Assembly: GCA_004431415.1 (NCBI GenBank)
Contig: QPMI01000246.1
Location: 1 to 64,000 of the forward strand
DNA: 64,000 nucleotides
From: Cyanophora paradoxa CCMP329
Lineage: Eukaryota; Plantae; Glaucophyta
Direction of reading: 5' to 3'
A program made the translations under genes and the position numbers. Positions 36,629 to 50,084 of the stretch are shown in pieces (position 1 is the first letter of the stretch; every line of letters begins with the position of its first letter). The notes under the pieces were generated by a model. The model was not told the DNA's origin, searched no databases, and saw only the letters and a program-made list of their open reading frames with translations.

Positions 36629-39600
36629 CTACCGCCGGCCGAGGGAGGGGGAAAGGGACTTCGCAGCCCCGGCGGGGGCCGCAAGGAGGGGCCGGGGGCC
36701 CCCGCCGGCGCCGCTCGAAATGACGGACGGTGACCGTCCCCGGTGCCTCGGCAGCCCTCCCGAGCGCTCCGCGGCCTGCGCACGCGCAGGGCGGCTTAGA
36801 AACTGCACGCGTACGTGCATGTGCGAGGCTTATAATTGTATAATTATCTATAGCGTTTCAGCCCCAAAAAGCTCGAAAATTGTGGCCATGTATACGTATC
36901 ATTAAATATTGTAATGTAAAGTGCGCACCTCGAAGAAGCGGGCGACGGCGAGTGCGACCTCTCCGGGCGGCATCCCCGTACCCCCGTCCCCTTCCTCCCC
37001 CTCGCGCTCCGGATCCGGCTCGGAGCCAACCGAAGACAGGCCGGCGCGGCTCGCCGGGCGGGGTACCGAAAACGAGAACGAGGCGGGGTGCGCCGGAGCG
37101 CGTACCCCCTCGATCGGACCCCTCGAGCTCTCCCCCTCGTCTACCTGTTGGAGCCTGTTCGACTGGAAGCTCTGCCCGCGCGCGCACGGAGTCAATAGCG
37201 AACCTGGCCATGGGGGGAGGCCAGGCGGGGGGGCGAGCGAGGGGTACGGCACTTTAATCTTCGGCTCGACGGATACGGAACGGCGCCGGTTCGGATTCGC
37301 GGCACCGGCGCCGGCGCTGGCGCTGGATATCGATGCGCCCGCAGCCGGGGGAAGCGGGGGGCGGGCCGCCGCCCCCAAACTGACGCTGCCCCTCCTCATG
37401 TACCCCCCCTCCGGATCCTTTTCGGCGCAGTGGCGGGCGACGGCGCATCGGATGATCGCCTCCTCGAACTCCACCTGCGGAAGGGGTACGCGCTCGTTTG
37501 GGGCACGCGATTCCTCGCGCAGGGGGTACGGCGCCGGCGCCGGCGGACCGCGTTGAGCTCCTCCATGCAGTCGGCGCCGTGGTCGTCCGCCTGCGTCACG
37601 TCTGTGGGAGAGGGGGAGGGGTACGGGCTCAGCCCCGGCTCGAGGGCCCGGGGAGGGGGGGCTGGGGGGGCGGGGAAGCACCGTCGTCGATGACGGGGTC
37701 CGCCTGCGCCGTCGCGAAGGCCTGCGCCCCCCAGAGTCAGAGTCAGGAGGCAGGCCAAAGATTAGAGGCCCCGCCGGGGCTCGAGCGCACGTCCTGGACG
37801 TCCTTCTGGGAGAGGGCGCGGTCCCTCAGGAGCCCCAGGTCTTCGAACATCGCCACGAACTCCCGGATCGAAACCTGCCGGGGCCCCACGCCTTCAGCTC
37901 GAGATCTAAATCTGGAGAGCGCGCCCGGCGGGGGGTACGGGCGCTCGCCGATTTATTTTTCTGGGCGCCGTACGTGCGGGCGGCGAGGCTGTCGAGGCCG
38001 CAGTACTTCTCGAACAGGAGGCGGATCTGAGGGGGGGTACGCCCCGGGAAGGCCGGCCCGGGTCAGAGGCGGGGCGACGGCCTCGGCCTCGGCCGCGCGG
38101 GGCGGGAGGGGCGGGGCGGGGCGGGCCTGGGGCCGGGCGGCGGCGAGGGCCTCCTGGACGGTCGGGTGCCGCACGAGCCGCCGGAACTCCTCCACGTCGT
38201 CCCTGCGATACAAGAAACATTAAATATCAATAACATTAAACGAGATGAGAGACATCAGATAAGATACCACTTGGCGTTGGGAAGCACGTGATTCTCCATC
38301 AAGAGGGACAGGCGCTCCGCCAGGCCCCGCCCCTCCCCGGCCTGAGATCAAAAGAGAGGCGGAACTCAGAAGAAGAAGAATGGCGGCTGGAGGGGGGAAA
38401 GGAGGGAGGAGGGGGGTACTGCCGCGCACGTATCGTGCCTCCGCGAGCCTGACGACGGCCTGCGGGGAGGGGGGGGGCGTGATGGGGGGTACGCGCTCCG
38501 AAGGGGAGGGGGGTGGGCGCGCGTTGAGGAACTCGGGGAGGACCATCGTCAGCCGCGTGTTCGCGTCGGAGGCTAGCGTCGCCTGTGTTCGCCGTCAGGG
38601 GGGTACGGGAAGGCGAGAGCTGCGGGGGGTACAGCGGACCTGCCCCGCGGGGCCTTGCGATTGCTGCTCCCGATTGGCGCTGATAAAGATGAGGTCGACC
38701 TGGCGGGAGGGGAGTGGGGGGGGGGGTACAAGGGTAAATTCTTCAGAAAGGAAAAGGGAGCAAGCGAGCGGCTCCGGACGGATTCGAACCTTCGCTTGCG
38801 GGAGAACCTTTCCGGAAATCACTCTGCAGTCGGCCACGAAAGCGTCGAACTCTGAAGAGTTAAAAGGGTACGTGAGTTTAAATTTCTCGGGCGAGGGTAC
38901 GCCACGCCGGCCTGGAGAGGGCTACCGTATTTCGAGACGGTGTACATCTCATCGTTATCGATCTGCGCGCCGGGCCGGGGTATATCGTGAGGGCGCGCCG
39001 ATGGGGCCGGGGTATCATGAGACGCGGCCGATGGGGCGCGCGGTGCTTCAATGGGGTACCGAGTCGCACCTTGCGGGACCGGACGGCGATGTTCTTGACC
39101 TGGAGGGGCGTGGCTGAACGGTCACGGGTACACGCCAGCAGGCGAGGGTGGTACCGCACCTTCGCGCCGTCGAGCCGTGCGTAGTACCGGAAGATGTTCC
39201 GGAGGGGTATGTAGTAGTTCTTGTGCATGACCTGCCTCAGCTGCTCGCGCGCGTGGGGCACCCGCGGCCGTCAACAAGACAGAAAAAGAGGGGGTGGGGG
39301 GTGCGATCGAGGGGTGTGGTGGGAAGGAAGCGATCGGCCCAGAGCGGCCCAGAGGGGAAACGTGGTGGGGAAAATTTAGAGCGGCCCAGATCTAGAGCGA
39401 TCGGCCCAGGCGGGCGGAAGGAAGGGGGGATGGGGCGAAGGGGGGGGGGAAGGCTGGGGGGTACGGCACCTCCTCGAGCTCGTCCTCGTGCGCCTTTATA
39501 ACGGCGACGGCGCCGTCGACGGCGACGACGGTTCGGGACGCCCTCCGTCTACCCCCCCGCTGGATCTCCTCTGCAGGGGGGGGGGGGGGGGGGGGGTAAA

Positions 39601-40713
39601 ATTAGGGGCTTATGATCGAGAGCTGAAGCTTACACTTTATAATTAGGCAGAGCTGGGAAATATTTAGGAGCCGCACCCATCCTGCACTGCCTCCAGACCT
39701 CTGGAAAGTCGTCCACGATGGTCCGCCTGCGGTTGGCGGCGGCCGGCGGGGGCGCCGGCCGCTCCTCCTCGGGCGGCCGCTCCCGCCTCTGCACCGGCCC
39801 GTAGTCGACAGATTCCCTCCTCCGCCCTGCGCCGCCTCTCAGATTCAAAGAGAAATCGAAGGCGGATATATGTAAGCAGGGCTCCGGAGCTGTACCCGGC
39901 TCGAAGAATCTGCGCTTGCCCGCGATCTCAATGATTATGATCGAGCCGGCGCGTGCACGTGGCGCTGCATAGCTTTAGTTTCGGGCGGGCGTTTCATATA
40001 TAGCGCACGTCCGGTTGCGGAATATGTGGTCGACCGCCCCCCGGAAGCCTGCCGAGGCGCGGAGGTCGCCGCTGTTGTGCGCCAGGCTCACCAGCAGCGA
40101 CCCCGCCCCCTCCCGCCATTGCTGCGCGCGGCCGGCCCCGGCCCCCGATCGCGAGCCTCCGGTCAGCGCCCAGCGCAGTTGGCGCGACAAGAACCCTTTA
40201 ATTCGATCCTAAGTTAAGCTCTCGATTGTTAGGCCGCGTGTGTGCGCGCGCGCACCCCGCGGGTCAAGCACGTCTCGGCTGAGCGGAGGTGCGCCGCCGC
40301 GTCGGTGAACTGGTTCGTGGGCGCCCCCGGGGCCAGCCGCGACCGCATCGTCTTCAGGTCCTCCAGAGACTCGTATATCTTTCTTCGATCGCTCTTCGCC
40401 ATCTCTGCCGGGCGGGGCACAAGCACGTCAGTTGGCGTTAGATGCGATCTGATCGGACTGAAGCCCCCGGCCGGCGAGAGCGCGCACGGAGCCTAAAGGG
40501 TGTCGATATGTCCGGGAGAGACTCGATGCCGTCGGCGTGACCGTAGAGCGCGGGCAGGGGCGGCGAGGAGAGGCCGTGCGCATGCTTGCGCGAGCTCGCC
40601 CCTGAGCTTGCGCTCGAGCTTGCGCTCGCCCGCGTCACGCTGGCCATGGCCATGGCGCCGGCCAGGGCCGCGGCTGTCGTTGACCCCGGGTCCACATTGA
40701 TGCTGTAAGACAT
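36629..40713 (-). CDS. Family A paralog 2 (A'), inverted copy of A
   Basis: YESLEDLKTMRSRL..NQFTDAAAHLRSAET, PLRNIFRYYARLDGAK, VDLIFISAN, DDVEEFRRLVRHPTVQEAL, VEFEEAIIRCAVARHCAEKD, KSLSPSLGRR*. Intron positions match gene A wherever compared. Confidence 0.75.
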
Positions 40714-41190
40714 CCCGTGGGCCTCGCGGCCGCCCCCGGGGGCGGGAAAAGCGGATAACAGATCGGGCGCGCCCGGGCGCAACGTTAACGTTAACTGCGC
40801 ATGCGCGCCGCGCCAGAAACAGCTGCTGCTGGCCGCGCTGATGCAAGACCGCTCGCGCAGCTGGCCAAGAACGCGTACGCGTTGCGCCGAAGCTTAAGAT
40901 AGCGCCGAGTCGCCGCCGGCGCCGGCGCCGACTCTCGAACTGGCTGCGGACCGACGTTCAATCGAGTTGCTCCGACTCGAGCTCCAAGCTCGACTTCCGC
41001 GCCGGTCCGGCGGCGCTCGCGTCAGTAGCTCTAGCGGGCTCGAGGCTCGTTGAAGGTTGCTGCTGGCCCAGCCTAAACGTCTCCGCGCCCGAGCTCCGAA
41101 TTCCTTCCGAACGTGGCGGGTACAGCGCGGGAAATTTGGGGGGGGGGGCACCCGGGGGATACAGCGTGCTAACCGCACTTGTCCTCGACG

Positions 41191-44100
41191 ATGGCCGACC
41201 CTATGGAGTGCGAGCCAGCGTACGTGCCTTCAACTTCGGCGGTCGCCAGCGCGGCGGCGGCGCTCTCGATATCCGAGGGGAAGGACAAGCTGCGTCGCCG
41301 CAAACCGAAGAGTGCGTGCGGCGCTCCGCGGGCTCTCAATCGCACCGCATACCGCTCAAAAGCCACCGCAGAGAGCTCCGGCTGGTCCTTCGGCTGCGTG
41401 GACCCGACGCGCGGGCGGGTGAGCGACGCAGCGCAGCGCGGGAGCGCGAGCGCCTCACAGGGCCCTGCCGACACTGCGCAGATGCATGGTATGCTTCACT
41501 TTTGGCGGAGGCGGGTCCACTCGGGCGAGCGAGACGCACGGCGGGGCGAGGACGAAGCTGGCGACGATGCCGACGAGAACAACGACGCGATGGAAGACGA
41601 CGGCGCAGCAGGCGTGAGCACGCCGGTCGGCACGCCCGCGCCGCGCCGCTCCCTCCGGGCCGGCACCGTCGCCTCGCCCGCCCGCTCCTGCCCATCCTGC
41701 GGGAGCACGCCCTCGCGCGGCTGGCAGCACGGCGGCGACCGTTCGAATTCGAATGCGGATGCGCACAAGCAGCAGCAGCGCGTGACGTTCTACGTGATGC
41801 TGCCCTACGTCATCAGCGGCTACCTGCAGGCGAGCGAGCGCGATCAAAAGTTTCCATCTCCGCCCCTGCGCCGCGCGATTTGATCCGGATTCGAATTCGA
41901 TCCCGCAGCTGCTCGTGAACGTCGGCGTCATCGCCGCCGTGTCGTACCTGTGCTACGCCTTTGTAAACTCCGTCCGTGCCGACGTGGACAACAAGGTCGT
42001 CGAGTACTCCGCCGGTACCCCCCTCCGCCTCTTCCCCCCTCTCCTGAGAAGCCCCCTACCGTCCCGCTCCTCCCGCCCCGCCTCCTTTCCGCGGCTCCCG
42101 CCGGCCCGCGCGATCCCGCGTTCCCCCAACCACCTGCCAGCCCGCACCCACGCCGGCCCCTCCCTCTCTGACCGCGCGCGTCCCCCCCCCTCTCCCTCCC
42201 GCAGAGGTCCTGAACGAGATCGCGACGTGCAGGTCCGCCCTCCTCCCCCCCCGCATGAGCGGATCCCGGCGGGGCGGGGCGGGGCGGGCGGGGGCGGGGC
42301 GGGGCGCCCGGCGCGGCCACCTCCTAGCGTGCTACAGTCTGAGAGAGCCCCTAGCTGTAGCGCGATCGCCAGATCTTCCTGATCGCCAGGTCGGGGGGGA
42401 TGACGGGCCGTGCGCGCCGTCGCCCCCTCACTCCGTCTCCCCTTCCACCCCCCGCCCTCCCCGCCTCACGCGGCGTACCCCCCTCACGCGGCGTACCCCC
42501 TCGCAGCCAGCACTACGTCGAGAACAAGTGCGACCCGCAGACACGCCTCCCGGGCCTCAAGGCGCGTGTACCCCCGTACTCCCTCCCCTTCGCCCCCCCC
42601 CCCCCCCCCCCCGCCCCCGCTCCCCGCCCTCCCCGCGCACCTCCGATCTCCTCCTTCCCGTCTCCACTGGACACTGGGCTAGAAAGCTCGGCTATAGGCT
42701 GTGGCACCCGCCCGCCCCGACCTGCGAGCGCGTGCCGCCCTTCCCGGTCCCCCCGCCCCCCCCCCCCCCCTCTCCCTGCCGCCCTCCCCGCCCCTGCCTG
42801 ATTAGAAAGCTCGAGTTTAGGCTTGTGGAGCCTGTCGCCTACCCCACCGCCGCTGCTCGCTCTCCCGCCCCGCCCCCTCCTTCCCCCTCCCCGCCCCCGC
42901 CTGACGGTACCCCAGACCACGTGCGCGACGTGGGAGGCGTGCATGAATCGGGACCCCCGCCTCGTCGGCCGGTGCCGTACCCCCCCCCCCCCCCCCGCCT
43001 TTCATCCGCCCCCTCCCTTTCCTTTCTCCCGCCGGACCGGCCTGCCCTGCCTCGCTGCCCCTCGTTCGCCCCGCTCCCTTCCACCACCCCCTACCTCCAG
43101 GAGGCCCTACCCCCTACCCCCCTACCCCTTATCCCCGAGCTTGGCGTCCCGTGCCCCGCCGACCCGACCGCGGCGGCTCGCTTGTCCTGGATATTCCGTC
43201 ACCCCCCTCCTCTAACCTGTACCCCCCACCAGGACGAAGCTGTCGGCGGAGACGCTGGCGGAGATCGTGAACGGGTTCGTGGAGCCCATCTCCTACAAGA
43301 CAATGGTGCGCCCGAGCTCAGATTTCGCTTTGAATCATAGCTGTTACATGGCTCTGGCTCTAGCTCTTGCTCACATCTAAGTATAGCTTTGCGCAATCCC
43401 CCACGACGATGGCGCGCCGCTAGCTCGGCCGCCAGCTAGCACTAAACTTGCCCCAAGCCTAGCCAAGCCGCCAGCTGCTTAGCTGGTGCGCGGGGACGCC
43501 CCGCGCGCATCGCCTCCTCGTGGCTAAGCCCGCGCCCCGCGCCTGGCTTGCTTCTAGCCTAGCCTACCGCTCAGCTCGCCGCTTAGCTATCGCTTCCCCC
43601 TCCCCTTCTGCTTCCCGGCGCGCCGTCTAAATCTCGCCCGGGCCCGCCCCTGCCTCCTCGCTGTCCACCTCGCCCCGCTGGCTCTGGCTCCGGCCCGCTG
43701 GCTCGCCCCCCCGGAGGCCTCCCACTTCCTCGCGGCTCCCCCCCCCCGCCTCACCCCCCCCGCCTCACCCCCCCCGCCTCCCCCCCCCCCCCGGCAGGCG
43801 TTCTTCACGGTGTTCACGTTCGGCTTCGTGGCGCTCTCGAACATCGCCTTCCACCTCGCCCGCCGCTCCGCCGCCCCCAGCGCCGCCCTCTTCTCCCTCG
43901 GTGCGTTTAAGAGAAGCTTAAGATTAGGGAAGACTTCTTAGAGAGGACTTCTTAGACAGAGAGAGACTTAGAGAGACTTTAGCTACGGGCGACCCGATAG
44001 CGCCCGCCGCTCCGCCGCCCCCAGCGCCGCCCTCTTCTCCCTCGGTGCGAACGAAGTCGATCGACCGTTTCTTAGAGAAGATTTCGTAAGAAGATGCAAG

Positions 44101-44774
44101 ACTCTAGCTGTAGACGACCTGATACCTCCCGCCGCCCCGGCCCCGGAGCGCCGGCCCGCGATCTTAGAGGAGACACGCGGCCCGCGCGATCTTAGAAGAC
44201 GGCATTCCGATAGCTCCCGCCCCCTCGGCCACCAGCGTCCCGATAGGTGGAGGCATTCCAGCTCCCATGGCCCTCGGTGCGCTCTAAGAGAAGACGCGAG
44301 ACTCCAGCTATAGGCGACCCGATAGCTTCTGCCGCCCCGCCGTCCCTCAGAGCCGCCCTCTAGCTTTCCCCGCTTGCTGTAGGCATCCCCGCTTGCCCTC
44401 CTGCGCTATCTATAGGCGACCCGATAGCTCCCGCCGCGCCGCCGCGCCGCGCGCTCCAGCTGGGGGGGGGGGGGGGGGAGGGGGGGGAGGGGGGGGGTTC
44501 CTACTTTAGCTATCCTGCACCAGCTTGCCCCTGAACCCCCCTGCCTCGATCCGCCCTCTCCCTCCTTTGCTGTCCGTTTGACTCGCGCTCTGCAGCGCCG
44601 GCGGCGAGCGGGGGCCATGGCCACGGCCCGCAGGGGGGCGGCGGGGCCCTCTCCCTCTCCCCGGCGCCCTCGAGGCAGGTCCGTTCCCGCTTGCTGTTCG
44701 CCGGGTCGGCCTTGTCGACGTCTGATGCCCCACCGCGGCCGGCCGGCCGGCAGTCGTGCCTCGGGCTAGAGTAG
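41191..44774 (+). CDS. BRL1/BRR6: Brl1/Brr6-family nuclear envelope protein (disulfide-bridge domain); last exon uncertain
   Basis: Spliced sequence LPYVISGYLQLLVNVGVIAAVSYLCYAFVNSVRADVDNKV..EVLNEIATC..HYVENKCDPQTRLPGLKTTCATWEACMNRDPRLVGRTKLSAETLAEIVNGFVEPISYKTMAFFTVFTFGF has the four cysteines between two TM segments diagnostic of the family. Confidence 0.9.
43857..44430. repeat. Degenerate tandem duplications in a Brl1 intron, including an exact copy of the exon end and its donor site
   Basis: GCCCGCCGCTCCGCCGCCCCCAGCGCCGCCCTCTTCTCCCTCGGTGCG at about 43858 and 44002; CTATAGGCGACCCGATAGC-like units at about 43983, 44108, 44308 and 44410. Confidence 0.8.
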
Positions 44775-45567
44775 GCGGGCGCGCCGGCGCCCCGCCAGGC
44801 CCCACTCGGCTTTCAAGTGGCTGTATGTGGCTGTATGGCTGTATGGCGGCCGCGGCCCGGATGTAGCCGGATGTCGGATGTATCCTAATATTGCAGGAAC
44901 CGACTTCGATTCGAATTGAAGCCAGGATTTAGCAGCGCTGGCGGCCCGGGTTCGTGAGCTCGATTGAGGTGACCCATGGCCAGCCCAGTTGGTCCTCTAG
45001 ATAGCTGGTTTATAGACAGCGTGTCTAGATCTATATCTGAATTCAATGATTACAAAATCAGCTTTACGGCCGCGGGCAAGATCTAGACAACAAAACGTCT
45101 CTCTCCAGGACTCGAAATCCAGCAAATGAAAGAGAGACGTTAAATCACGAGAAATAATCCACGGCCGCTTCGAATTCCGCGGCAGAAGCTGTACAAATTT
45201 AGTGGCCATTATCGCTATTGCTAGGTATACGTTAAACTCAAAATCGATGTTCGAACTCAGAAACGCGTGCATTCGATCGGAATTCGAAAGCTGTACAATA
45301 GGAAGATCAACGTGGGATCCGGCCGCGGAGTTCCGAACTCGGAAACTCGAAAATGTGTAGATCTAAGCTACGCTAAGCTATAGCTAATTATAAGTGTATG
45401 AAATCGTTTCGAATGTAAATTTCCTGAACTGTTTAAAGATGTTCAGAGCTCGAGACGTCGACGTTCGAAACGTTAACGTTCAAAAAATGAAAACCTATAT
45501 TGCTGGATGTCGACACGCTGAAAGCCTGGAAGCGCGACCACGACGACATCGGCTATGAAGAACGAGT

Positions 45568-48022
45568 TCAAACGCGTGCTAAGACAGCCGGCGGCGGCGC
45601 GACCGCGGCCGCGGGCTGCGAGGCGAGCTGGGCAGGCAGCGGCTTCTGGACCTCGTCGTACGCGCTGCTGTCGACGGCGATGGAGACGCTCTGCACGGAG
45701 GCGGGCTTGGCGAAGTCGTTGCCTTGGTACGCCGCCGGGCTGGCGGCCTCCCGCCCCATCGACACGCCGCTCCGCTTGCGCTTCATGCAGAACACCGTCG
45801 TTCCGATGGCGGCGAGGAGGACCGCTCTGAACGAGGGATCGGGATTTCCCATGAGCTTCACGAAAACACTGTAATATATGTACACTGTAAGAAGTAGGGG
45901 CGTACCCTCCGACGCCGCCCCCAATGCCCGCCGCGAGAGCCACAGTATCTGCAAAGAAAAAGAAAAATCAGAGAGAGAGAGAGAGAGAGAAAAGAGGAGA
46001 GTGAGCACATGCGCACTCGAACTTGAGCCGCCGGAGGAGCTAGGGTTCTGGTTGGGATTGTAGTTTTCTGTTGTCGTTAGGACTGTCCAGGTGGGGCGGT
46101 CGGGGAGAAACTTTGATGCTTTGAGGCCCAAGAACTCGGAGGAGTCGGCGATGGCAGTCGCCGTGCTCTCGACTGCCTCTACGGTGCTGTCGTCATATGC
46201 ATTTGAAGCGATTGTGATCACTGTGCTCATGTATCCCTCCTTGATGTCGGCAACCTGCGATTGCGCCATCATGATATATAATAGCTTATAATTAGTCTGT
46301 AGCTATTAGCAAGCGAACGAGTTAAATATTCGGCCGACTGCTGACGCACGCTCCAGACTTCATAAGTGGAGAGCTTCCCGCCGGACCGCTTGGCGAACTC
46401 GGCGTAAACGATGTCCATAGCCTTCGCTTTCGATCCGCATGCAGCCACAAAGTCGGTGTACAGCAAAGGCAGAACGATTGTCGAAATTGCTGCAAGCCGA
46501 AATCATGATCAGCATTTGCATACCGAAACAACGTGTCATCCGCTTATAATTAAGCTTCTTAAGCTTACCTGGTATGTAGTAAGTGTACTTGGCACCATTT
46601 TTAGTGCAGGTGGCAGAGTACGAGGTAAACCCTCCGGTGCCGGTTTTCCTGCAGTCTTTCGAGAAGATTGCATTTGTCGCGCAGGTGTCGGGCGTTTTCA
46701 GTGCTTCACATGTCGAAGCCGGATCTAGAGGAAGATGCCAGCTTAGGCTTCTCTGTGAGGCAAATAAACATGAAAATAATGCATATGTGTCAGTTAAACG
46801 TTATTACATATGCATACTTGAGCAGACGGTTTGGTGTTCGCGCCGCTGGGGATCTTGTCTGTTGGAAGCGTCACAAACATAATTTATAAAACGAACAAGT
46901 ACAGGCGCCACTCACAAGAGCCGCTGTTTGCAGAGCCAGCGCTGCCGAGTGTCATGTACGGGTCATCTGTTAACATACGTGTCATAATCATGCCACTGAA
47001 TCAGGTGGCTGATATCCAGTGTTTATGTGCGCACCCAGAGGGCATCGCTCGCCGGTGTTGCATTCTTGACCAACGGTCCCAATGTCCTTGCAAGTTTGAA
47101 CTCCGTAGTTGGTGCTGCACGCGGTCGCGTCTTCCACGTGCACGCCTGGATCAGTCTGATAAGTCTTCAGAGTGCCTCCCGCACACCAGTCACTCTTCCG
47201 CTCCTGCAGGGCTGCTCGCGTGGGACATTCTGATTGCGCGCCGTGCTCACGATCAGCCGCTGGGAGCCGGACTCGCAGTGGCAGCGCTAGCTATAGGAGG
47301 CGGCTTGCGCATGCGTAGACGTACTACATGCTTGGTACGACACCTTGACCTGAAAGGTGGCTTTGTTGAAGATTGCATTCAAATTCTTGATCCGGAGTGC
47401 AACCTTGAGGTTGCTGTTTCTCTCTGCGTTGCAATTGCAAAGCGAGTGAGGACATCGCAAAGTGAGCGAGCGTTGCAATTAACCGTTGAACGTACCACCG
47501 CACAAGTTGGTGAACACTAGGTGTCCGTTCTTGGAGCAGGACGCTCCTGAGCAGGTTCCCTCAGCAGATTTTCCGTCTTGTGTCCCGTCTTCTTTGTAAT
47601 TCGTAAGGCTGTACTCAAAGCTATTATCGACTGCCCATGCTTTACCCTGCGAATCGAATCGATATCGGCGTCAGTGGCAGGTTGAGTCCGCGGCTGATGA
47701 AAAGTCAAAAGCTTGTTCACCACGTCCATGTCCTGGATGTAGAATCGCAGAATCTTGCGCAGGGTCGACGGAGCGTGAAAGTTGAAGATGTCCACGTCGC
47801 CTGGGTTACTCTGGCGCTCCTCGGCGGTGTTGACGTACGCAAACGTGTGCGTCCGTGTCTCGGCAAGAACGCTTGCGACGCCTGCCGTAAAGAGCACTGC
47901 GGGCGCGCGACGATCGCAAATTCGTGCATGAGGTCAAGCAAGTCCTGCAGTCATGAAGTCCTGTAGATCGCGTGCGCACCAAAAGCGATGGCGAGGAGTC
48001 GGATTTCTACAGCTGTTCTCAT
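45568..48022 (-). CDS. Type I membrane protein: signal peptide, CUB-like and Cys-rich ectodomain, Ser-rich stalk, TM helix, short tail
   Basis: MRTAVEIRLLAIAF|VLFTAGVASVLA signal; FNFHAP..ILRFYIQDMDV; WCAGG..ACSTNYGVQTCKDIG..ECNTGERCP; SSSGGSSSS..ALAAGIGGGVGG|AVLLAAIGTTVFCMKRKR. Confidence 0.65.
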
Positions 48023-50084
48023 GATCGATATCAGGCCTGGGTTGTTCTCGTGATCAGGCTAGGGTCGTCGAGCTGCTGAGGCAACGGCACGTATACGTAT
48101 GCTATTCGCGTTACGTAGCTATATAATTTGCGCTGCTGTTGATCGTCACGGCGTGCGCGCGTATGCGCACGTATACGACTGTGACAGACTGACAGTATAG
48201 AGCCGCTACCGTTGTACTACGGTTCATGTACTACGGTACTCCAGAGTCAGTGACTACCCGCGCGCGGCCGGCCCGGCACTGGCCGGCAGTACTAGTTTTG
48301 CCAAAGTTTGACGAAATAAAGTGCCAGCAATATCTACGTTTACGCCGGTAAATTGCCGAGAGGGGTATGTATTTTCTTAGCCGGCCATAGAGCTGAATCT
48401 AAATTCGGCATTTTATCGCCACGGCAATTCCGGTTCTGGGCCAATTAATACTCGCCCCACCGTACGTAGACTGGTCCGTATTCTCTCAAAAATAAAAATA
48501 AATATTCGGAAATTTTGATCCACGTGCCACGGTACGCCGGGTATACGGTGCGCAGCAATTTAAGCCGCCCCTCAGTAGTACGCGTACTGGAAGTCGGGAA
48601 ATACTTAGTATGCTGGATCTTTAAAGTACCAAAGTTTCGAGGCCCGACTACTAAGTTTTATCGTATACTAAACCTAGGTGCGGGGGGGGTACGTAGCGCA
48701 GCCGTAGTTGCAGCGCGGGAGAAGCTAGCTATAGTGCGAGGGGGCTCCCGCCCGCTCCAACAGATCTAGCTAGCCTAGTAGACCCCCTAGCGCGCGCCGC
48801 GCCCACCCTCTAGGCCCTTCTAAAGGACGCTACTAAAGCGCTCTGCGCGGCCAACTCTTGATTATTTTCAGCCTACCGTAGTACTAAACCGACCAAACTC
48901 CGGGATTACTAATTATTTTGGGGTCTTAAATATTACCCGAATTACAGTGTGTGATTGCAAACAATGCCGAACAATTGCAATGACAAATATTCACCATTGC
49001 AGGCATTGCCGCCAATTTGCCGGCGATTCGCCGCCGATTCGAAATTCGAATTCGCCGGTGTCGATCGATTTCATGTGGCTTGAAGTTATTTTTAAGGACA
49101 CACGTGATTTTTTCCGTGACGGATATTCTGCGTCATTTGCGTGGCCGATTCTTGACCGCGCGTTTCGCGATCGTGATCGGAGTCTGAATTTCTGAAATCA
49201 CGCTGAATCTGTATGAATGAGCATGATCGCCACGAAGCTTGAGCAGGATCGTAGTATCAATTGTATCATCGTACGCGTCCTCCGAGGCTCATGAATTGAT
49301 ATTTCTGAACACAAATCAATGTTCGATGTTCCGAGTTCGTGACTCACGGTCCATGAATCCATGACGTGGTGACGTATCTTCGAACTTCGATCGCGATCGC
49401 GATTCGCGATCGCGAGTCCATTGCCTCCGATGAGTCCGATCGCGAGGCTCCGACTCGCCCGGCGGCACGGCCTGGCACTACCAGTAGCTATAGGCTGGCA
49501 GACTCAGTGACTGTGGGCCAGTCTGTGGCAGATCTAGACTGGCAGTACCGTCACTACCGTGCCAGTACGTATACTGCGGACCAGTCTACGGTACAAGTAA
49601 CAGTAGTACAATGAACTATAGTACCTTTTCACCACAGTACCAGGCCAGGCTGGGAAATTGCAACTCTGCGGACGCCGCTTACCTTTTGCTGCCAAATTTT
49701 TCATTTGGGACCTGCGAACTACGGCTGGTCTGAGCCTGGAGAAGCGAAAAAATGCCACTGGAAACCGTGCCGAATGGTGTATTTGTCTCTTTCATTTATT
49801 GAGTAGAAGAAAAACAAGCGTATCCAGCCCGCGTAGTACTGTGGTTTCGTGTACCCATGGGACCCTTTCGCTGGCGGAAAACGCCAATCGTTTACTACAG
49901 CGAGTCGAGTCAAAAAGCTTCAGTCTGAAACTCGGGCGATTTGGTGATTGGACAATTTGAATCAAAAAGGCCGGGTACGTCAAAATTGCTTACTACGGCG
50001 AGTCGAGTCAAAAAGCCCCAGTCGGAAACTCGAGCGATTTCGTGATTGGTCGATGTAAATCAATGGACTTATATAATTAGAGCT

